A stretch of 63,481 nucleotides of DNA, the filler included, from Reticulomyxa filosa (taxonomy: Eukaryota > Protista > Foraminifera), in the NCBI GenBank assembly GCA_000512085.1. It is 14 parts of 14 records of this genome, joined end to end, with 100 filler letters (N's around TTAATTAATTAA, not from the genome) between each part and the next. Parts side by side here need not be neighbours in the genome. Positions count along the whole stretch, not along the records: positions 21,426 to 38,621 come from ASPP01022609.1; 13 more parts are not named here. One strand, written 5' to 3'. Every line of letters starts with the position of its first letter. The stretch's first letter is position 1. A program made the translations under genes and the position numbers. The notes under the pieces are model-generated. The model had not been told where the DNA came from. It made no database searches and saw only the letters and a program-made list of their open reading frames with translations. This document shows, piece by piece, positions 22,470 through 37,036 of the stretch.

Positions 22470-25400
22470 ATGGCGTCAGTGCCAACCAATGGCGTGGTGG
22501 ATGTCGACAAAGAAGATGCAAGTACTGCAATTTGGAACTTAACTGAACCCATGCTTTTTTTTGTTTCATCCTCTCTGAATTGTGTTTAACTTTTAGGGCA
22601 GTTGGAAAGGTTTGTAATTCTATGGTACACTATGTATGCGCTTTGTTTTTTTTTTGGTGATTTAATTAAACGAGCAGCTAAGAGGCATTTCAGGCGTCAA
22701 AGCAGCTCTTTCATGACGGATGTCAAACGCTATGTTCAGTTTCGTGCAGCCAACACGACGAACAGGCTTGGATGTGCATATATTCAAAATTAAACATATT
22801 TTTCCAAAAAAAAAAAAAAAAAAAAAAAAAAAATGAACACGAATAAATGAAAAGGGGGAAAACAACCAACAACAACAAAATTGAAAAGGACATATCCAAG
22901 GTCCCCAAGTGGGAGTATAGCAGAGCCTCCTCAAGGCATTGAAACGAACGAGACGGAACCCAAACAGCGATCGAATAGCGAATCCTTTAGCAATTTGTTA
23001 AATGTACGCACGCGCAGTGAATCACTGAGCGAAGCTGCCTATCGAGCGACCAAAGACATAATGCATGGAAGCATCGACGAAACAAACGAACATGCCGACG
23101 TCCCAAACGATCATTCCGATGAGCTCGATTCTATGCGAAAGCTGATTGTCAAACTGCAGTCGAGCATTCAAGTTTATTAAGTAGTGGTGTAGTCTTGTTA
23201 TTATCGTTATCATTTTATTGTTTGTCATATATTACTGTTGTTTGTTATTGTTATCATTATCCCTCTTCCCCCTCTTTTTTTATTTTTCTCCTCTTCTCCC
23301 TCCTCCCTCCTCCCTAAAAAAAAAAAAAAAAAAAAAAACGGCCTTTATTTCAAACTATAACTGGAAAACACACGAGCACCCTTTCTTTGAACGTATAAAG
23401 TAAAAAAGTTGCAAAAGGGGAGAGTGGAGAAGAACGAAATAAAAATAATAATAATAATAATAATAAACAAACAAACAACAATAAAAAAATAAATAACAAA
23501 AAAAAAAAAAAAAAAAAAGGAAAAAAGGACTTGAATTTAAAAATTGCGGCGGATTTGGGTGATTGTTTGTATGCAGAAATGAAAGAATTGGAACAAAAAG
23601 CTCGTGTTCTTCAAGAAGAAAAGGAGCTGTTAGAAACGAGATACGACGCCGCTCAGTCCCATTTGGACATGTTCAACTACTTTTACATTTTTGCTCTTTG
23701 TCATATGATGTATTTGTGGGATACTGTGTATTATATACATAGATGCATATATAAACATATACATATGTATGTGTATACACATACATATATTATGTAAATG
23801 TGTTTGTAGACAAATGGACAAGAGTGAATACGCGAATCAGGGATATTCTCATGAACTGTCCACTATGCAAGAAGAGCTGCAGCAAACACAACAGACGAAC
23901 CAACGCTTACAAGACGAAAACGAGGTATTGAAAGAAGAAATCGAAAAGTTAAATGACGAAGTGCGGAGATGGAGTTCGCTCAGTCGCTCTGCAAACCTCG
24001 AAATTCAAAAGTTCGAAGAGGACATCCGTTGCATCAAAAACGATGCAGAGGCACAAATTAACGACTACCAAGCCGAGCTCGCCAAATTAAAGGATCAAAA
24101 CACAGACTTGAGAAATTCTCATCGAGAATTGCAAAAAGAATATCAATTGATTAAAGACCTTGTAGATGTATGTTGTTTTTAACAAAGCTTTCATATCTAT
24201 ATCTATATCTATATCAATATGTATATGTATATATTGATTAATATCAACAAACAAGCAACGCGAGAAAAAAGGCGACCCGAAAAAAATTGGGTCAAGTACT
24301 GGAACTGATCGCAATGAAGATGCAAGCAACGCTGTAGAAAATGGCAATGTGACGAAAGAAGACTTGCAAGCACAACTGATGAAGCGTACGGCAGCCTCAA
24401 TGAACCTGCAACGTAATAATCAAAACCTGACCCGTCAACTCTTGGACGCAACCAAAAGACTTCGCTCATTGGAAAACCAATTGGAAGACACTCAACAAGT
24501 TTGTCTGTGTTTGTGTGTGTAACTATGTATATGTATACGTGTGCATGCATAGTTTAAAGTATGCAAGTGGCTAGCTTGGATAATGAATATAGTGTCTGAC
24601 CACGTGTTTGGAAGCATTGGAAGACGTTTTGACCATTAATGATCGCAACCAACTTTGTTTGGACGAAATATATAAATGCTGCGACAAAACAAGAAAGTTT
24701 TTGGGTATGTTAGAGAGTCCACCATTGCCAGCAGCTGTGCCACTCCCTCAACCGATACAACCCATCCAGCCTGTGCAAGCTCCACAGCCTCCTCCGCCTC
24801 AACCTCAACCTCAACTTCAGCCACAACCACAACCACAACCACAACCACAACCACAACCGCAGCCACAGCCACAGCCACAGCCACAACCAATACAACCAGT
24901 GCAACCGGTACAGCCGATACAACCTGTACCACGTGTAAAATCCCCGCCTCCAGAACCCAGGAAATTGGAAATACACATTATCCCGATGGTGGCGCAGATC
25001 GAATCGGAAACCACTTCTCTTGCATTAAGCCAACTCAAACCTGTTGTCGCAGACCCACCCAAAACCATCACTTTAGAAACGCCTTCCATTCGAAAATTGT
25101 CACACTTTTCAAAGAAAACAAAAGACACCAGAGATGTCTCCTTTCCAGAACAAAAAAAAGCACTCTCCGATTTTTTCGGCACCTACTCTGATCCTAACAA
25201 TTGGATTGAAAAAGAAACTGGAGGTTGGAGAGACCAAAAAAAAAAAATTAATCAGTCAAAGATAAAACAAAACAAATAATGTTTGTTCGTTTTCTTTTGC
25301 CACACATTTTAAAAAAATCCAAAAGACAATGTTACAAAGTATGTATTGCGATTTTGGACAAGAGAGCCAATTCGAGCACGAATGGCCTATTTATATGCAA

Positions 25401-26016
25401 TGACGTTGTATCTTGGCCAAATTGTTGGTGTTAATAAGCGCTGCATCACTTATGCTTTGTTATGTTGTGTTTGTCCTATGTGAATACAACTACTATTATT
25501 AAATAACGATATAATCCAAAAAAAAATATGATAAATAACAGTATGCTACTGAAGCGCAGCCAATCGCAAATTGAAACATTAGCAGAGGAGTTTGGATTAA
25601 TTCTTCAAACGTTAAATCATCACGATGATGAAAAACTATGGAAGTATATTTTTTCATTCTTTTTCAATACAACACAGTACTTTAAGCACATCTCTCGATT
25701 TGTGGGGGCACGAACAAAAGCGAGGCCTTCCATAGCTTTTGATCCAAATGGCGATTCGCTTTTAACTCCCACTGAAACGCGTGCGTCTATGAATTTGCGA
25801 CTCATGTCCGAAACTCATAATGAAAATTTTTCACACAAACGGAGTGACTGGGAAAACAGATATTCCACTGATTATCCAGCAGTCACAAGTCCTCGCCAAA
25901 GTACAACAGAAAGGCCTCCTCCACCACCCAAAAAGCCACCCCCTCCACCCATAACCGGAAAAACCACTCCAACGTCACCTCCTCACGTTAGCCCAGTTGC
26001 AAGTCTCAATGGCTGA
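22470..26016 (+). CDS. Long coiled-coil protein with CC1-box-like motif and Pro/Gln-rich region, multi-exon
   Basis: Exons with heptad-rich E/Q/K/L sequence, DLNLKIAADLG, a (PQ)n tract at about 24790-24890 and a PPPPPKKPPPPP tail. The exon chain is only partly verified. Confidence 0.7.
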
Positions 26017-26651
26017 CATAATCTCAAAATCAACACCGCTCGAATCTCACAGTTGCCAAAAAATAGAATAGTGATGACTGGACCAACTTTTCCACAAAAC
26101 ACACTTTTTTGACCTCATTCAAAAGTGTGTCACTTGTATTTTTTGAAATTTCACTGCAGCCAAATAGTTTTTTGAGTGAGCTTTTACAAGTATTGTGCTT
26201 GTTTTCAATTAACTACGGATTATTTTTCTTTTTTTTTCAAAACCCTATCTAGCCTGTTGTTTTTTAACTTGCAAAAAAAAAGCAAAAGCTCCTGAAGAAA
26301 AGCATTTTTCAATGGAAATTTTTTTAATTTCCTAGTGAAGATTGTTTGTTTAAGGATTAACCTTGTTCTCATCTGTCATTAATTATTATTTTTGATGTGT
26401 TTCCAAAAAAAACGTTGAACATTTTCACCTTTTTGTCTTTGTAAAGATTATGCAGCGCTGAACTAGAAGTAAACAATGAAATTGATTGGTGCGATGGTTC
26501 TTGGAAATAATTAAAGGAATGATTATATCATAGATGTCCAAAATCAATTTTTTGTCACTGGTGAATTGTCAAATGTAAGGAATTTAGTAAAAATTTTTTT
26601 TGTGACAAAACTTGAATTTTTCCGTTGTAAAAACTATTGACAACTTTTAGT

Positions 26652-28496
26652 TCACAGAGGCATATTTCCGTGTTTCTTGTTTGGATTCTTCAGGTCTTTG
26701 TTTTGGAAGAGCTCTAAGTCTTGGCAAATTATTCTTCTTGTGTGAGATGGAGTGATCACGTCATCAATAAATCCTATAAACATTCCAAAAACATAAATTG
26801 TTACTATCAGTCAAAAATCTGATCAAAAATAAAATCGACCACTTAACCTCTTTTGGCTGCGACCAAAGGATTTGAAAATTTTTCTTCATAATCTTTTGTT
26901 TCGGCTTCCATATCCTTGCCTCGGCAAATAATTTCAACAGCCCCTTTTGCACCCATAACTGCAATTTCACCACTTGGCCAAGAATAAAATGCGTCTCCTC
27001 GCAAATGTGAAGGACTCATCACACAATAAGCACCACCATATGCTTTTCTTAACACTACGGTTATTTTAGGTACCGTTGCTTCTGCGTAAGCAAACATTAA
27101 TTTAGCTCCATGACGTATAATGCCCCCAGACTCTTGTGCCGTTCCTGGTAAAAATCCTGGTACGTCAACAAACGTTATAATTGGAATGTTGAAACAATCA
27201 CAGAAGCGAACAAATCGTGCGCCTTTTATACTGCTGTCAATGTCCAAGACACCTGCAGATTGTTTTGGCTGATTGGCGACGACACCAATTGTTTTTCCTT
27301 CCATACGTGCAAATCCAACCACTAAACTCCCTGCCCAATCTTCGTACAACTCAAAGAATTCACCATTATCGACAATCATACCTATTTTTTCCGTGATATA
27401 TACACAAAAGTAATGTCATCAAAGTTTAAACCTAAACTCCGTTACCTTTACTTTAATTTTCACAAATCAATACATCACTCAACTGATGACATCTCTGACA
27501 TCATAAGGAACGTTTGAATCATCAGGAATAATTCGATCCAATACCTTTTCGCTTCGGTCACGTGGATCATTGCATTGATATTGAGGTGGTTTATCATCAC
27601 AAGATAAAGGAAGATAGTCGTAAAATTCTCGGATTCTAAATACAATTTTTGTTTTATATTATTTGTGTTTGTTCTTTCAGTTCTGCTTGTAAGGAAGAAG
27701 CAACTCCTTGCCTTCATTATTTTTCCAAGCGCAAGATGATAAATTTAAAAAAAGCGAGTTGGAGATTATTTTAGTTGTGGAACTTTTTGATCTTTGCTTT
27801 AAAAAAAATAAAAAAAAATTTATGTGCACACCTTGCCAAAGCGTCCAAATCATTCTCAAATGCACCGCATGATACACCTGATTTCTTAGTGTGGATACTT
27901 GCGCCACCCAAGTCCTCTTTGGTCACATCCTCGAATAAGACTTGTTTCACGACATCAGGCCCCTATTTGGAAGACACAAACATTCCGCGCTCTGAAAACC
28001 ACATGTTCAAACTGACATTTTCTTTAACGTTTCATTCCCGTTTTAAACCAAAAAATGGAACGAAAAAAAAAATAAAAAAATAAAAAAAAGCCCCCCAAAG
28101 GTGCACATACATATACATATACATGTGTATGTGTATAGTTAGACAGAAATATAAATGTAAAACGTAATGTATGTGTGCAAAGAATGATTACCGTCAAGAA
28201 CATGTAAGAGCTTTGCTTGACCATAAAAGTCCAATCAGTGAGTGCAGGCGAATAGACAGCCCCTCCAGCAGCTGGGCCCATAATGCAAGTAATTTGAGGA
28301 ACGACACCACTCGCCATAACATTTCTAAGGAATATATCAGTATAGCCACGAAGGGATGCCACACCTTCCTGGATTCGTGCGCCACCGGAATCATTCAATC
28401 CGATCACTGGAACTTTGATTTTCATGGCCATATCCAAAAGCTATAAGTTCGCCACAAACAAACGAGCAAATATGTATTTTTATAAATAAACTCCCC

Positions 28497-28530
<34 letters not shown>

Positions 28531-29533
28531 TTCTTTTATTCGCAATTGTTCTTTTAACTTTGCAAATTTTTTCCGCATGTGCTTCAGACAAGGAACCTCC
28601 ATGAACTGTAAAATCTTGAGCAAACACAAGTACAGGTCTGCCATTAATCTTGCCTTTTCCGGTAATGACACCATCACCCCAGAACTAAGTTTTAGTTTGT
28701 CCACACATCTCACATTTGCGCAATTCCTCTTGTCTTAAAGAAATTTTGTTTGGGAGAAAACGATCTTGTTTTAAGTTGGGTGAGGGGAAAAAAAAAAAAA
28801 TGATCAACTGAAACAAAACAAAGGTATTATTCAAAAAAAAAAAAAAAGCCAAAAGGACAAAACAAAACAACCATGGAAAAAACAACACAAAATCACAAAC
28901 TTGTTTGTGTTGCATATCAAAATCATAGCATCGATGATTCACAAATGCTCCAATTTCCTCAAATGAGTTCTCGTCACACAATACTGCTATTCTCTCTCTA
29001 TTTCATTTTTTTTTTTTTTACCTAAGTCTTTTTTTCGCTTTCTTCCTCCTTTTTTTGTTTCCAACCCCCCTTTTTTAAAACCCTCTTTCACCTCCCCCCT
29101 CTTCTTCCAATCCCTTCTTCTGCGCTTCTTGATTGGTACAGAAAAAAAATCGCAGCTAGGTATATACGTTACCGGGCAGTGAGCTTGTTTTTGTCGTGTT
29201 GTTTTTGAATTGAGTCCGCACCCCCACCCAATTTAGCTTCTGCTCGGTATTTTTCCAATCTGGGAAGAAAACTCTAAATCATTTGTATTGTCATTTTTTT
29301 TTATATCAATTAAGTTTACTTTGTTTGCATTGTTTGATTTTTTTTAGTGATTATGGAAAAAACAAGATAACTTTATTTGAGAATGCTTGACAAGCCAACA
29401 AACGCCATGGATTGATGTTGCTCTGTTGAAGATTAGAACGAAAAAAAAATAAATTATTTCAAAATTAGCAATAAAAAAATTTTGTCGTAACTGTCAGTTG
29501 AAAAGGTCGGACCAATGCTCGAGAAAACATCAT
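26652..29533 (-). CDS. PCCB: Propionyl-CoA carboxylase beta chain, mitochondrial, 10 exons
   Basis: [70 protein letters not shown]. Nine in-phase GT-AG introns. Confidence 0.97.
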
Positions 29534-29894
29534 TAACAAGACGTACCAATAAAGTTCCTTGTGATTGCAACTTTCCCTTTTTTCAGTGGTACCTCTCGAC
29601 TGTAAAAAAAAGTGTTTCACGCCTGTGACCGTTTTAGTAAGGTCTTTTCTCAACGTAAATGACAGAAAAAGACCATGTGACACTTTTCTACAGAGCAGCT
29701 GTCTTATGAAAACAATATGGCCATGCGTGATATCCTAAAGTTAAACAATTTAATTGTACGCTTCACTTGGTGCCCTCAGTGAAAATAACGTTACAAATGG
29801 TTATAGCCTCAAAACGATTTTCAAAATTACTATTTTTTCTAAAGGGAGAAATGGGGTCTTTGACGAAAATAAAGAGCCGTGAACATAATTCAGA

Positions 29895-31343
29895 ATGCTT
29901 TATGTTACTATGGCAAGTTGTATTGCCTCCATTTTGGGCTCTTTGGCCATAATAGGTGTTTACTTGTCAAATGAAAAGAAGCATTCGCGTACTTTGTTGT
30001 TGGTGAACAAAAATATATGATTTGTATATACATGTGAACATATGCAAACAACAAGCATTGTAATTATTTTGCGGTGGGATGGGAAGTGCTTGTCACTAAC
30101 AGACCTTGGTTCAGCGATTTCTTACTTGTTGACTTTGATATTCTGCTCAGGATGTTCTTGTGAGTTTTACAAGCGGAGATTATATACTTTGGCGACAGTA
30201 TTTTTTCCAGTGTCATCGTTCCTATGGACTGATTGCATTGGATTATACGTATACGCCACAACATGTCAAAAAACGTGGATACATCCATGGTGGAAGCTAT
30301 CTATTAAATTTCACTTGCTGTGTTGGCTTCTACCCTTACTAACAATAATTGCTATTTTGATTTTCAGAATTGGCTTCTCTAAACAAGGTTTATGGTGTTG
30401 GGTTTCAGTTATCTTGAAAAATGGAGTGAAAAAACTTAGGAGTAGCTTTTTTTTGGCGAAAAGGAGCAAAGCAGAAAAAGAAGAAAACGTTTTTAAAATG
30501 TATTCATGATTTAAAATTATAGACTGATGATAATATTTTGTACCAATTTTTAGGTGGCAAGGTGTAGAGTGGGTGTCATATTTATTTTTGCTAGGTATCT
30601 ATTTTTGGTCATATTTGGTCTTGCGGAAAGCGCAAATAAAAGAAGAAAAATTTAGACTTCAAAAACAAATCAAAGATAATAATAAAACTAAGTCTTTTAC
30701 AAAGACCCAACATGTTGAAAACAACAGATCCTTGAGAATTGATGTTACGCTTTTGTACTGGTTTTTTTCTTTGCCTTGTATTATCAGGATATTATGTGTA
30801 CTTATATATTATGTTTATGTGTATATAATATGACAACAAATACAATTCAATGTTAGGCGTCAAAAACAAATGAGGATAAAGCAACAAAGCTACTTCGTCC
30901 ACCTCAGAACAGCGATTCGGAGGATGAGAATGAAAAACATGATTCTATGGCAAGCACAAATTTTTCGAGTAATTCAACTTACCAAACACATGTCAAGGAA
31001 GAAAATAGAAAATTGAAGTCATTGCTCAAACGGCTATTATTTATTCCTTTGATTTTCATTTTAATTCGTATGCCAGGATCTTTGCGAAATCTTTTGCTGA
31101 TATTCCATTCAAAATTTAGACATACCACCTTTTCTAAAATACTCGAGCATTTGCAGCTTATTTTTGATCCTGCGCAAGGATGGTTCGGAACATGTTTTTT
31201 TTTTTTTTTTTTTTTTTAAATGCTTACTTTTTTCCTTCTTGAGAAAGATAAAGAAAGATAATATTATCTTTTTCAAGAGCAGTTGTTTTTTTTCTCTCTT
31301 CCTCCTCCTCGCTATTACTTATTTCTTGCACTTATTACAACAA

Positions 31344-31375
<32 letters not shown>

Positions 31376-31717
31376 CAATAATAATAATGACAATTGACCA
31401 ACAACAATAAAAGGTGTAACGCCATTTTATTTGTCGTAACAGTACCATCTGTTCGGGAAGAATTGCGCGCCAATAATCATGTTCTTATCGCGGGTATCTG
31501 TGAATTTCTCAATGGGATTTTTTGTTGCTTTTGCTGTGGTTACAAGTTAATAAAACGTCATTTTTTTCCAACATCCTCAAAACATGTTCCGCTGCAGCTT
31601 CAAAGCGATGGCAGCCATCCATCAAGTTATCAACAAGCCCAGGACAATATCAAAAAACCTAATGGAAATGACAGAATGATGAACACTCCAAGTAGTAACA
31701 GTGACAGCTCTTTTTGA
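29895..31717 (+). CDS. cAMP-receptor-like / GPR157/GCR1-type GPCR, spliced
   Basis: SILGSLAII, LLLCLSLTDLG, SSFLWTDCIG, FHLLCWLLP, GLWCW, GGK[G]VEW, LLFIPLIFILIR, DPAQGW-CNAILFV. 1-nt frameshift at about 30560. Confidence 0.85.
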
Positions 31718-32278
31718 TTAACGTGCGCACTTTTTTTATGTTAATTGGGGTTACAGTTTTCCTTCCAATGTTTCCCTCTCGCTTTCGTTCTCTTTGAAAA
31801 CTTGCTTGTTGCAGCAAAGTGTTTTGTTTTTTTTTTCCTACAAGTGTTTGGAATGAAATTTTTTCTTATGAGACCTGTCAGTATCTCTCTCGTTTGAGTT
31901 CTTATTGAAAGTTTTGGAGCCAGTTACATTTCAGTATGCGTTAAAATGTTGGTCTAATTTCAAACACAAACTGTACGGCAGCCACAAAAACGATTCAGAC
32001 CCGATTTATAGTAGATATGTTTATTGGCGTTAAAGAATAATTTCAAGTTTATTTGCTACAACAAATTTCAATTAAGTAAATGATCGTTTCGTGTTTACAA
32101 AAAAAAAAAGCAAAGTGGAAACAAATTCTTGTAAGTGACGCTTCTTATTACTTTTTTGTGCTTTCTACTTTGTTAAAATTACAATAAACATATTAGAGTC
32201 AAAATCTATTGTATGAATTCTTTTTTCATTTAAAAAAACATTCATTTATGTACTTGTAAATAATAAATAAATAGCTTA

Positions 32279-33020
32279 TTAATTGGGTAACATCATCTCC
32301 CATATTCGGATAATACCATTGGCTTCCTTTGCCAAGATTGTCTGTCCATCTTTTGAAATGCTTGCATGCATAAAATGAGAACGACAATGTTCAAATCTTT
32401 CATCAGGTGAAATCGCAAAACTGTAAGTACCAGTTGGATCTTTTTGCAGTCTTACTATCTGTTTTTTTGATGAACAATCCCACAAAGTAACAGTATAGCT
32501 AAATGTATATGACAAAATGAACGATTTTTGTGGTGAAAATGTGCAATCAGCCAATCCGGCATGTCCCCATTTGCTCATCTCTTGTCCCGATGCTATATCC
32601 CATATCCGAAATGTTAAATCACTGGTACTTGCTGACATAAACACAGTTCCATCTGCTGAGAATTTAAGTGGCTGATTGGTTTGATATGTCCATGAAAAGC
32701 TTGAATTTCTTTTTTGGAAAATATTTCCCACACGTAAATTGTGTGATTGTCGCTGCTCTTAAGCATGTGCCAGCCGTCCAGTGCAATTTGTATACATGTT
32801 CCAATACGATCCACTCGAAAACCGTCAGCTGCTTGAACTCATTAGCCTATCGAATTGGAAAAAGTAAATTTGTCAAGGATTACCACACTCTCACAAAAAA
32901 ACTGGCAAAGAATACACTCAACATATCGTAGAATCATATTCATCAAATCGTCAATCCATCCCCAATTAATAAAAGATTATTGCATCCAATTTTCCACGAT
33001 CGTGATTTTTACTTTTTTTG
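32279..33020 (-). pseudogene. Degenerate WD40-repeat gene
   Basis: WD-repeat fragments (FSADG...RIWD, GH..I, ISPD, IRIW) spread over several frames with stops. Confidence 0.75.
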
Positions 33021-33938
33021 TCTGTGCACAGATTTTGTTGCAAAAAAAAAAAAAAAAAAAAAATGGGTTCACTTTTTGATATATAAGAAATTGCTACTAC
33101 CATTATGATATCATCATTACCAACTTTTTCTTGTTTCTTCACAAATAGTCCTTTAATTGCCTTCATTCCTCCATAAGTCCAATCTTCCTTTCGTCTGTCT
33201 CAAACGTATACACAAAATTCAAGACTTGCACAAATCATCACAATTTAATACTTTTTCAAAATTGAGCTGAAAAATACAAATAACAGTTTTTTTTTACTTT
33301 GGCCATGGATATTACAACACTTGCGCGAAACATGTTTGTCTCATGTTCGATTTTTAGACTAATCATATTGTTTTGTTTCACGTTTAAAATGACATCGCAA
33401 ATGCGTCGTGATAATCTTTGTTTGTTTGGCCTTTTTTGACGCGGAAATTTTGTAGTTTTATCATACAGAAAAAAGTTTTAGTTTGAGGTTATAGTATAAT
33501 CTTGACGCAACTCGTTGTTTATTTCTTTTTGCTCGCTGCTTCCCTTTTTGCAAACTTACGCAAAATTAGAATAACAACATACCCAATTGTATTACAAGAA
33601 ACATTTGACAAACGAGAAGATATAGCTAAATCATACTTGCGTGTCGCTCAATTTTCGACTTTTTTCGATCTTCTTTTAATCAATTTTGACAGAGTTCTGT
33701 CCCCGGTTCTCAAGTTAAAAAAAAAAACTATACGCAGCAGTTTTACTGGCTCTACTCTTCTAAGAGCCCTTTGCCCTTTTGATTTTTTAGGTGAAAAGAG
33801 TGTTTATTTTGACTCTTTTTTATCTTAATGTAAAATTTGAATACACTAGATGTACGACATTATAAATGTTTTTTTCATTTTGACTTTATTCAAATAATTT
33901 GTATTGATATCAACTAACAATAACAAAATCAAAACATA

Positions 33939-35233
33939 TTATATGATTTCTGGTTGTGCATTCAAGAGCTCTATACACCCCCAGTGCAGGACAACTTGTG
34001 TTCCACTAACTGCTTTGATGGGATTCCACAAAGCACGTTCTCCAGTCAACAAGCCAACAACACCGCGAACATGAGCGCTGCCCATTAAGGCTAAAATCTT
34101 GGGATATTTGTGAGGATCACATTCATTAATCCCGATGCTTAAGTAGGCATTTCGAAACTCGCATAGAGCAAGAGTATGAGGGATCTTGCTGGGATTGGAA
34201 CAGAAGGACTGCCATTGGAAACGAGTCTTCCCTATCATCGGTAATACGGCAGCGAAGTGATAAGCATCCAAATACTGACAAAATAATGACAAAGGAGAGC
34301 TTATGAAAGAAGGGAGATCCAAAATTACAAAAGGCAGTTTATGTCGGGCCGCGTAGTCCAGCATTGCAATTACACCAACACTGGCAAAGGCAACCGTTGG
34401 AGATGCATGAAGTAATGTACGTCCCAATTGCAATCTTAATCCATCAGGAATGATTTTTGTCCATGTCGCCAAGCCTATATTTATATCATTCCTTTTTACA
34501 TTTTTTTTGGAGTAACTGGTTTGGGAGCAAAAAAAAAAAAGAAAAAAAAAGTACCTTTGAATAAAGAATTGACACCAGAGGCAAGCCGTGGATGAGAAAA
34601 CATTGGAAGTCTTGAAATGTCGGGTCCTCCCTCAAATGTGAGAATATCTGGTCGATAGGAATGACAGATAGTTTGTAATGCATGTATGTTATCCAAGTCT
34701 GGATGACAGTCTGGCCATATCATCAGCTCCTGTGTCCCAGTCTTTGTCTTACGTTTCAGAATTGGAATAAATACATATTTCTCTTTTCCTACTTTAAAGT
34801 GCTCATATCTCTCCAACTTCCACTCCATTTTTTGTTGTCTGTGCTTAATTTTTGTGGATGAGCCTGAGCACTCTTTTTGTTTTGGGAATGTTCTCGGAAA
34901 TGGATAACAGTCAAAAGTAGTCCACGCATCGATATTGTGCTTTGATAAAAGATCTCTCGAAAATTGAAAATTTTCGGCTGAAAAATGCTCGTTCAGAACG
35001 TTAGTTACAAACTTTACAATGTTGTCACAGGCCAACCTTGGATACTGTTGCTCACTTCCAATGTAGTAAAAGCCATCGCCTGTTCTGTGTTCAAATCGTT
35101 CGTGTAAACTATACTGTATTGGAGGAAAATGTGCCCAGCGGAGCTGTTTTTGAATTTTTTTAACGGCTGATGTTGAAAGGAGTGTTGGGTCAAAATAGGC
35201 TTTAGAAACTAATTGTAAAACGTGTTTACCCAT
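33939..35233 (-). CDS. TraB/TRABD-like domain protein, 2 exons, start uncertain
   Basis: YRPDILTFE and RNAYL...ILALMGSAHVRGV resemble TraB-family motifs. In-phase intron GTACTT...ATAG. Confidence 0.6.
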
Positions 35234-35671
35234 TGCAAAGGGGGACTGGTATGTTGCAAACCTCGTTTAGAAGTTTTTATAATGTTTAATACATTAGAGC
35301 ATTGTATTTGATATAAACCTTGAAAAAAAAATTATTTTGAAAAAACTTATTCATAAAAGAAGCCTAAATTCCTATGATTTTAACAGAAAAACAGATGATG
35401 TTCAAAATCCTTTGGAAAGTGTTCCTTTTTCATACATTCCACACCCGTTGTGATGCTTTTTTGTCAGATGCTACAAATAAGCGATAATTAAAAGAATGTT
35501 AAAAATTAGAGAATATTGCCGTTGACTTTATTTGTTATTAGATTTGTTCGAAGTTGGCAGACAATTCATTAAAAAAATAAAGCTAAAAATTGCACATATA
35601 AAACATTTGGTAATCAACAATAAAAAGTATTACACAGTTGAGTATTTACAATTTCGTAAGTATTTTGTCTT

Positions 35672-36649
35672 TCATTTGGTTGTTTCAAAGCAAGCAGCAA
35701 ATGCGTCAAAATCAACTTTGTCATCGTCTTTTAAATCTGAAAGCATTACCTGTGAACACCAGAACAAACATAAAACAATTACAAAAAAAACTATATCACT
35801 TGAGATTACGCAATCTTCAAAACTTTCAGCTTGTTCGTATTTACTCCGAGAGTTTCAACAGTCTGTAGAGATGCTTTGATTTTGGAAGCAAGCACGGTCG
35901 AATCTTTGTTTTCAGCGCCTAAGGCTTGAAAGGCAGCAATTAAAACGGGATCTTGTTGTTTTTGTGAGCGCAGGTTTAGCAATATTCGCTCAAATTGATC
36001 TGCGTTAACACCAGTAGACTCGGGTCCCTTTGTCTGGACTGTCTTAAGATATCGAATATCTCGATCATTGATACGTTATATCCCAAGTCTATTTACAAAA
36101 ACAAAATAAAGAAAAAGCAGTGAGCAGAGAAAGATTGGAGAAACGTGATAAAAAATAAAAAACGAAAATTTTACAACAATAAAAACAAAAAATAGATAAT
36201 AATTTCTTTTTTTTTTGCAAACTTTCAAGAATGGCCTTGATAGCATGTACATCTAATGCGTTTGGCACACTTCGTCTTCGGGAATAACGACCATCACTGT
36301 AGGAAGACATTACTTTTTGATGATGTTCAAAATCTTCTTGTTGCGAATTTTTGTTCTTCCCATTGGCGTCTTGTGATTTCCAGTTGCCAAACACTGTAAA
36401 AAAAGGCATTAAAAAAAGTTTGCTTGACAATTCACTTTGAAAGAAAATGCCAATAAAATATGTTTTTTATTGGATGCAAAAAACGATCTTTTTGTTAACG
36501 TACTTTCCGTGTTGGTATTGTTCAGTTGTTTGGATTGTTTCTCTGTTGTCATGGCTCTGCTATTGTGTAGAAGCTCAATATTTCCACTTGAATACAAATT
36601 TTGGGCAAATTTATTTTCTGGATTATTAGAAACTCATTGTTGAATCCAT
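35672..36649 (-). CDS. EF-hand-like (calmodulin/centrin-related) protein, spliced, apparent frameshifts
   Basis: DQFERIL...DPVLIAAFQALG...LKDDDKVDFDAF. Needs 1-nt corrections near 36631 and 36076. Confidence 0.55.
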
Positions 36650-37036
36650 TATGAGTAATGTTGCGCCCGGTGGTGATTGTTGATCTGACTAAAGTGTAAT
36701 ACGATTTGACTTTCTTACTTTTAAGTTGTGAATGAGCCAATTTTAAATTAGGTTTTGGCCAGATAGTAAGCTCTCACTAATTAATCGTCAAAAGAGAAGT
36801 TTGTTAACGGAGAACGAAGTTAATGTTTCGATTGAGCAAATTTTAAATATGGCTCTGGCGTATTTTTTTAAAATGGGTCTGTTAACACTTCAATTGACCG
36901 AGAAATTTTCAAAGTTTAAAAGAATGAAATCATTGTTTGTTTTGGTTTTGTCACTGTAAACGTTTTTCAAAAACAAAGTTACAAGCCAATTTTCCTTTTT
37001 TTTGAATTTGATGTCTTCTCCTCAATTTTGGATTAA

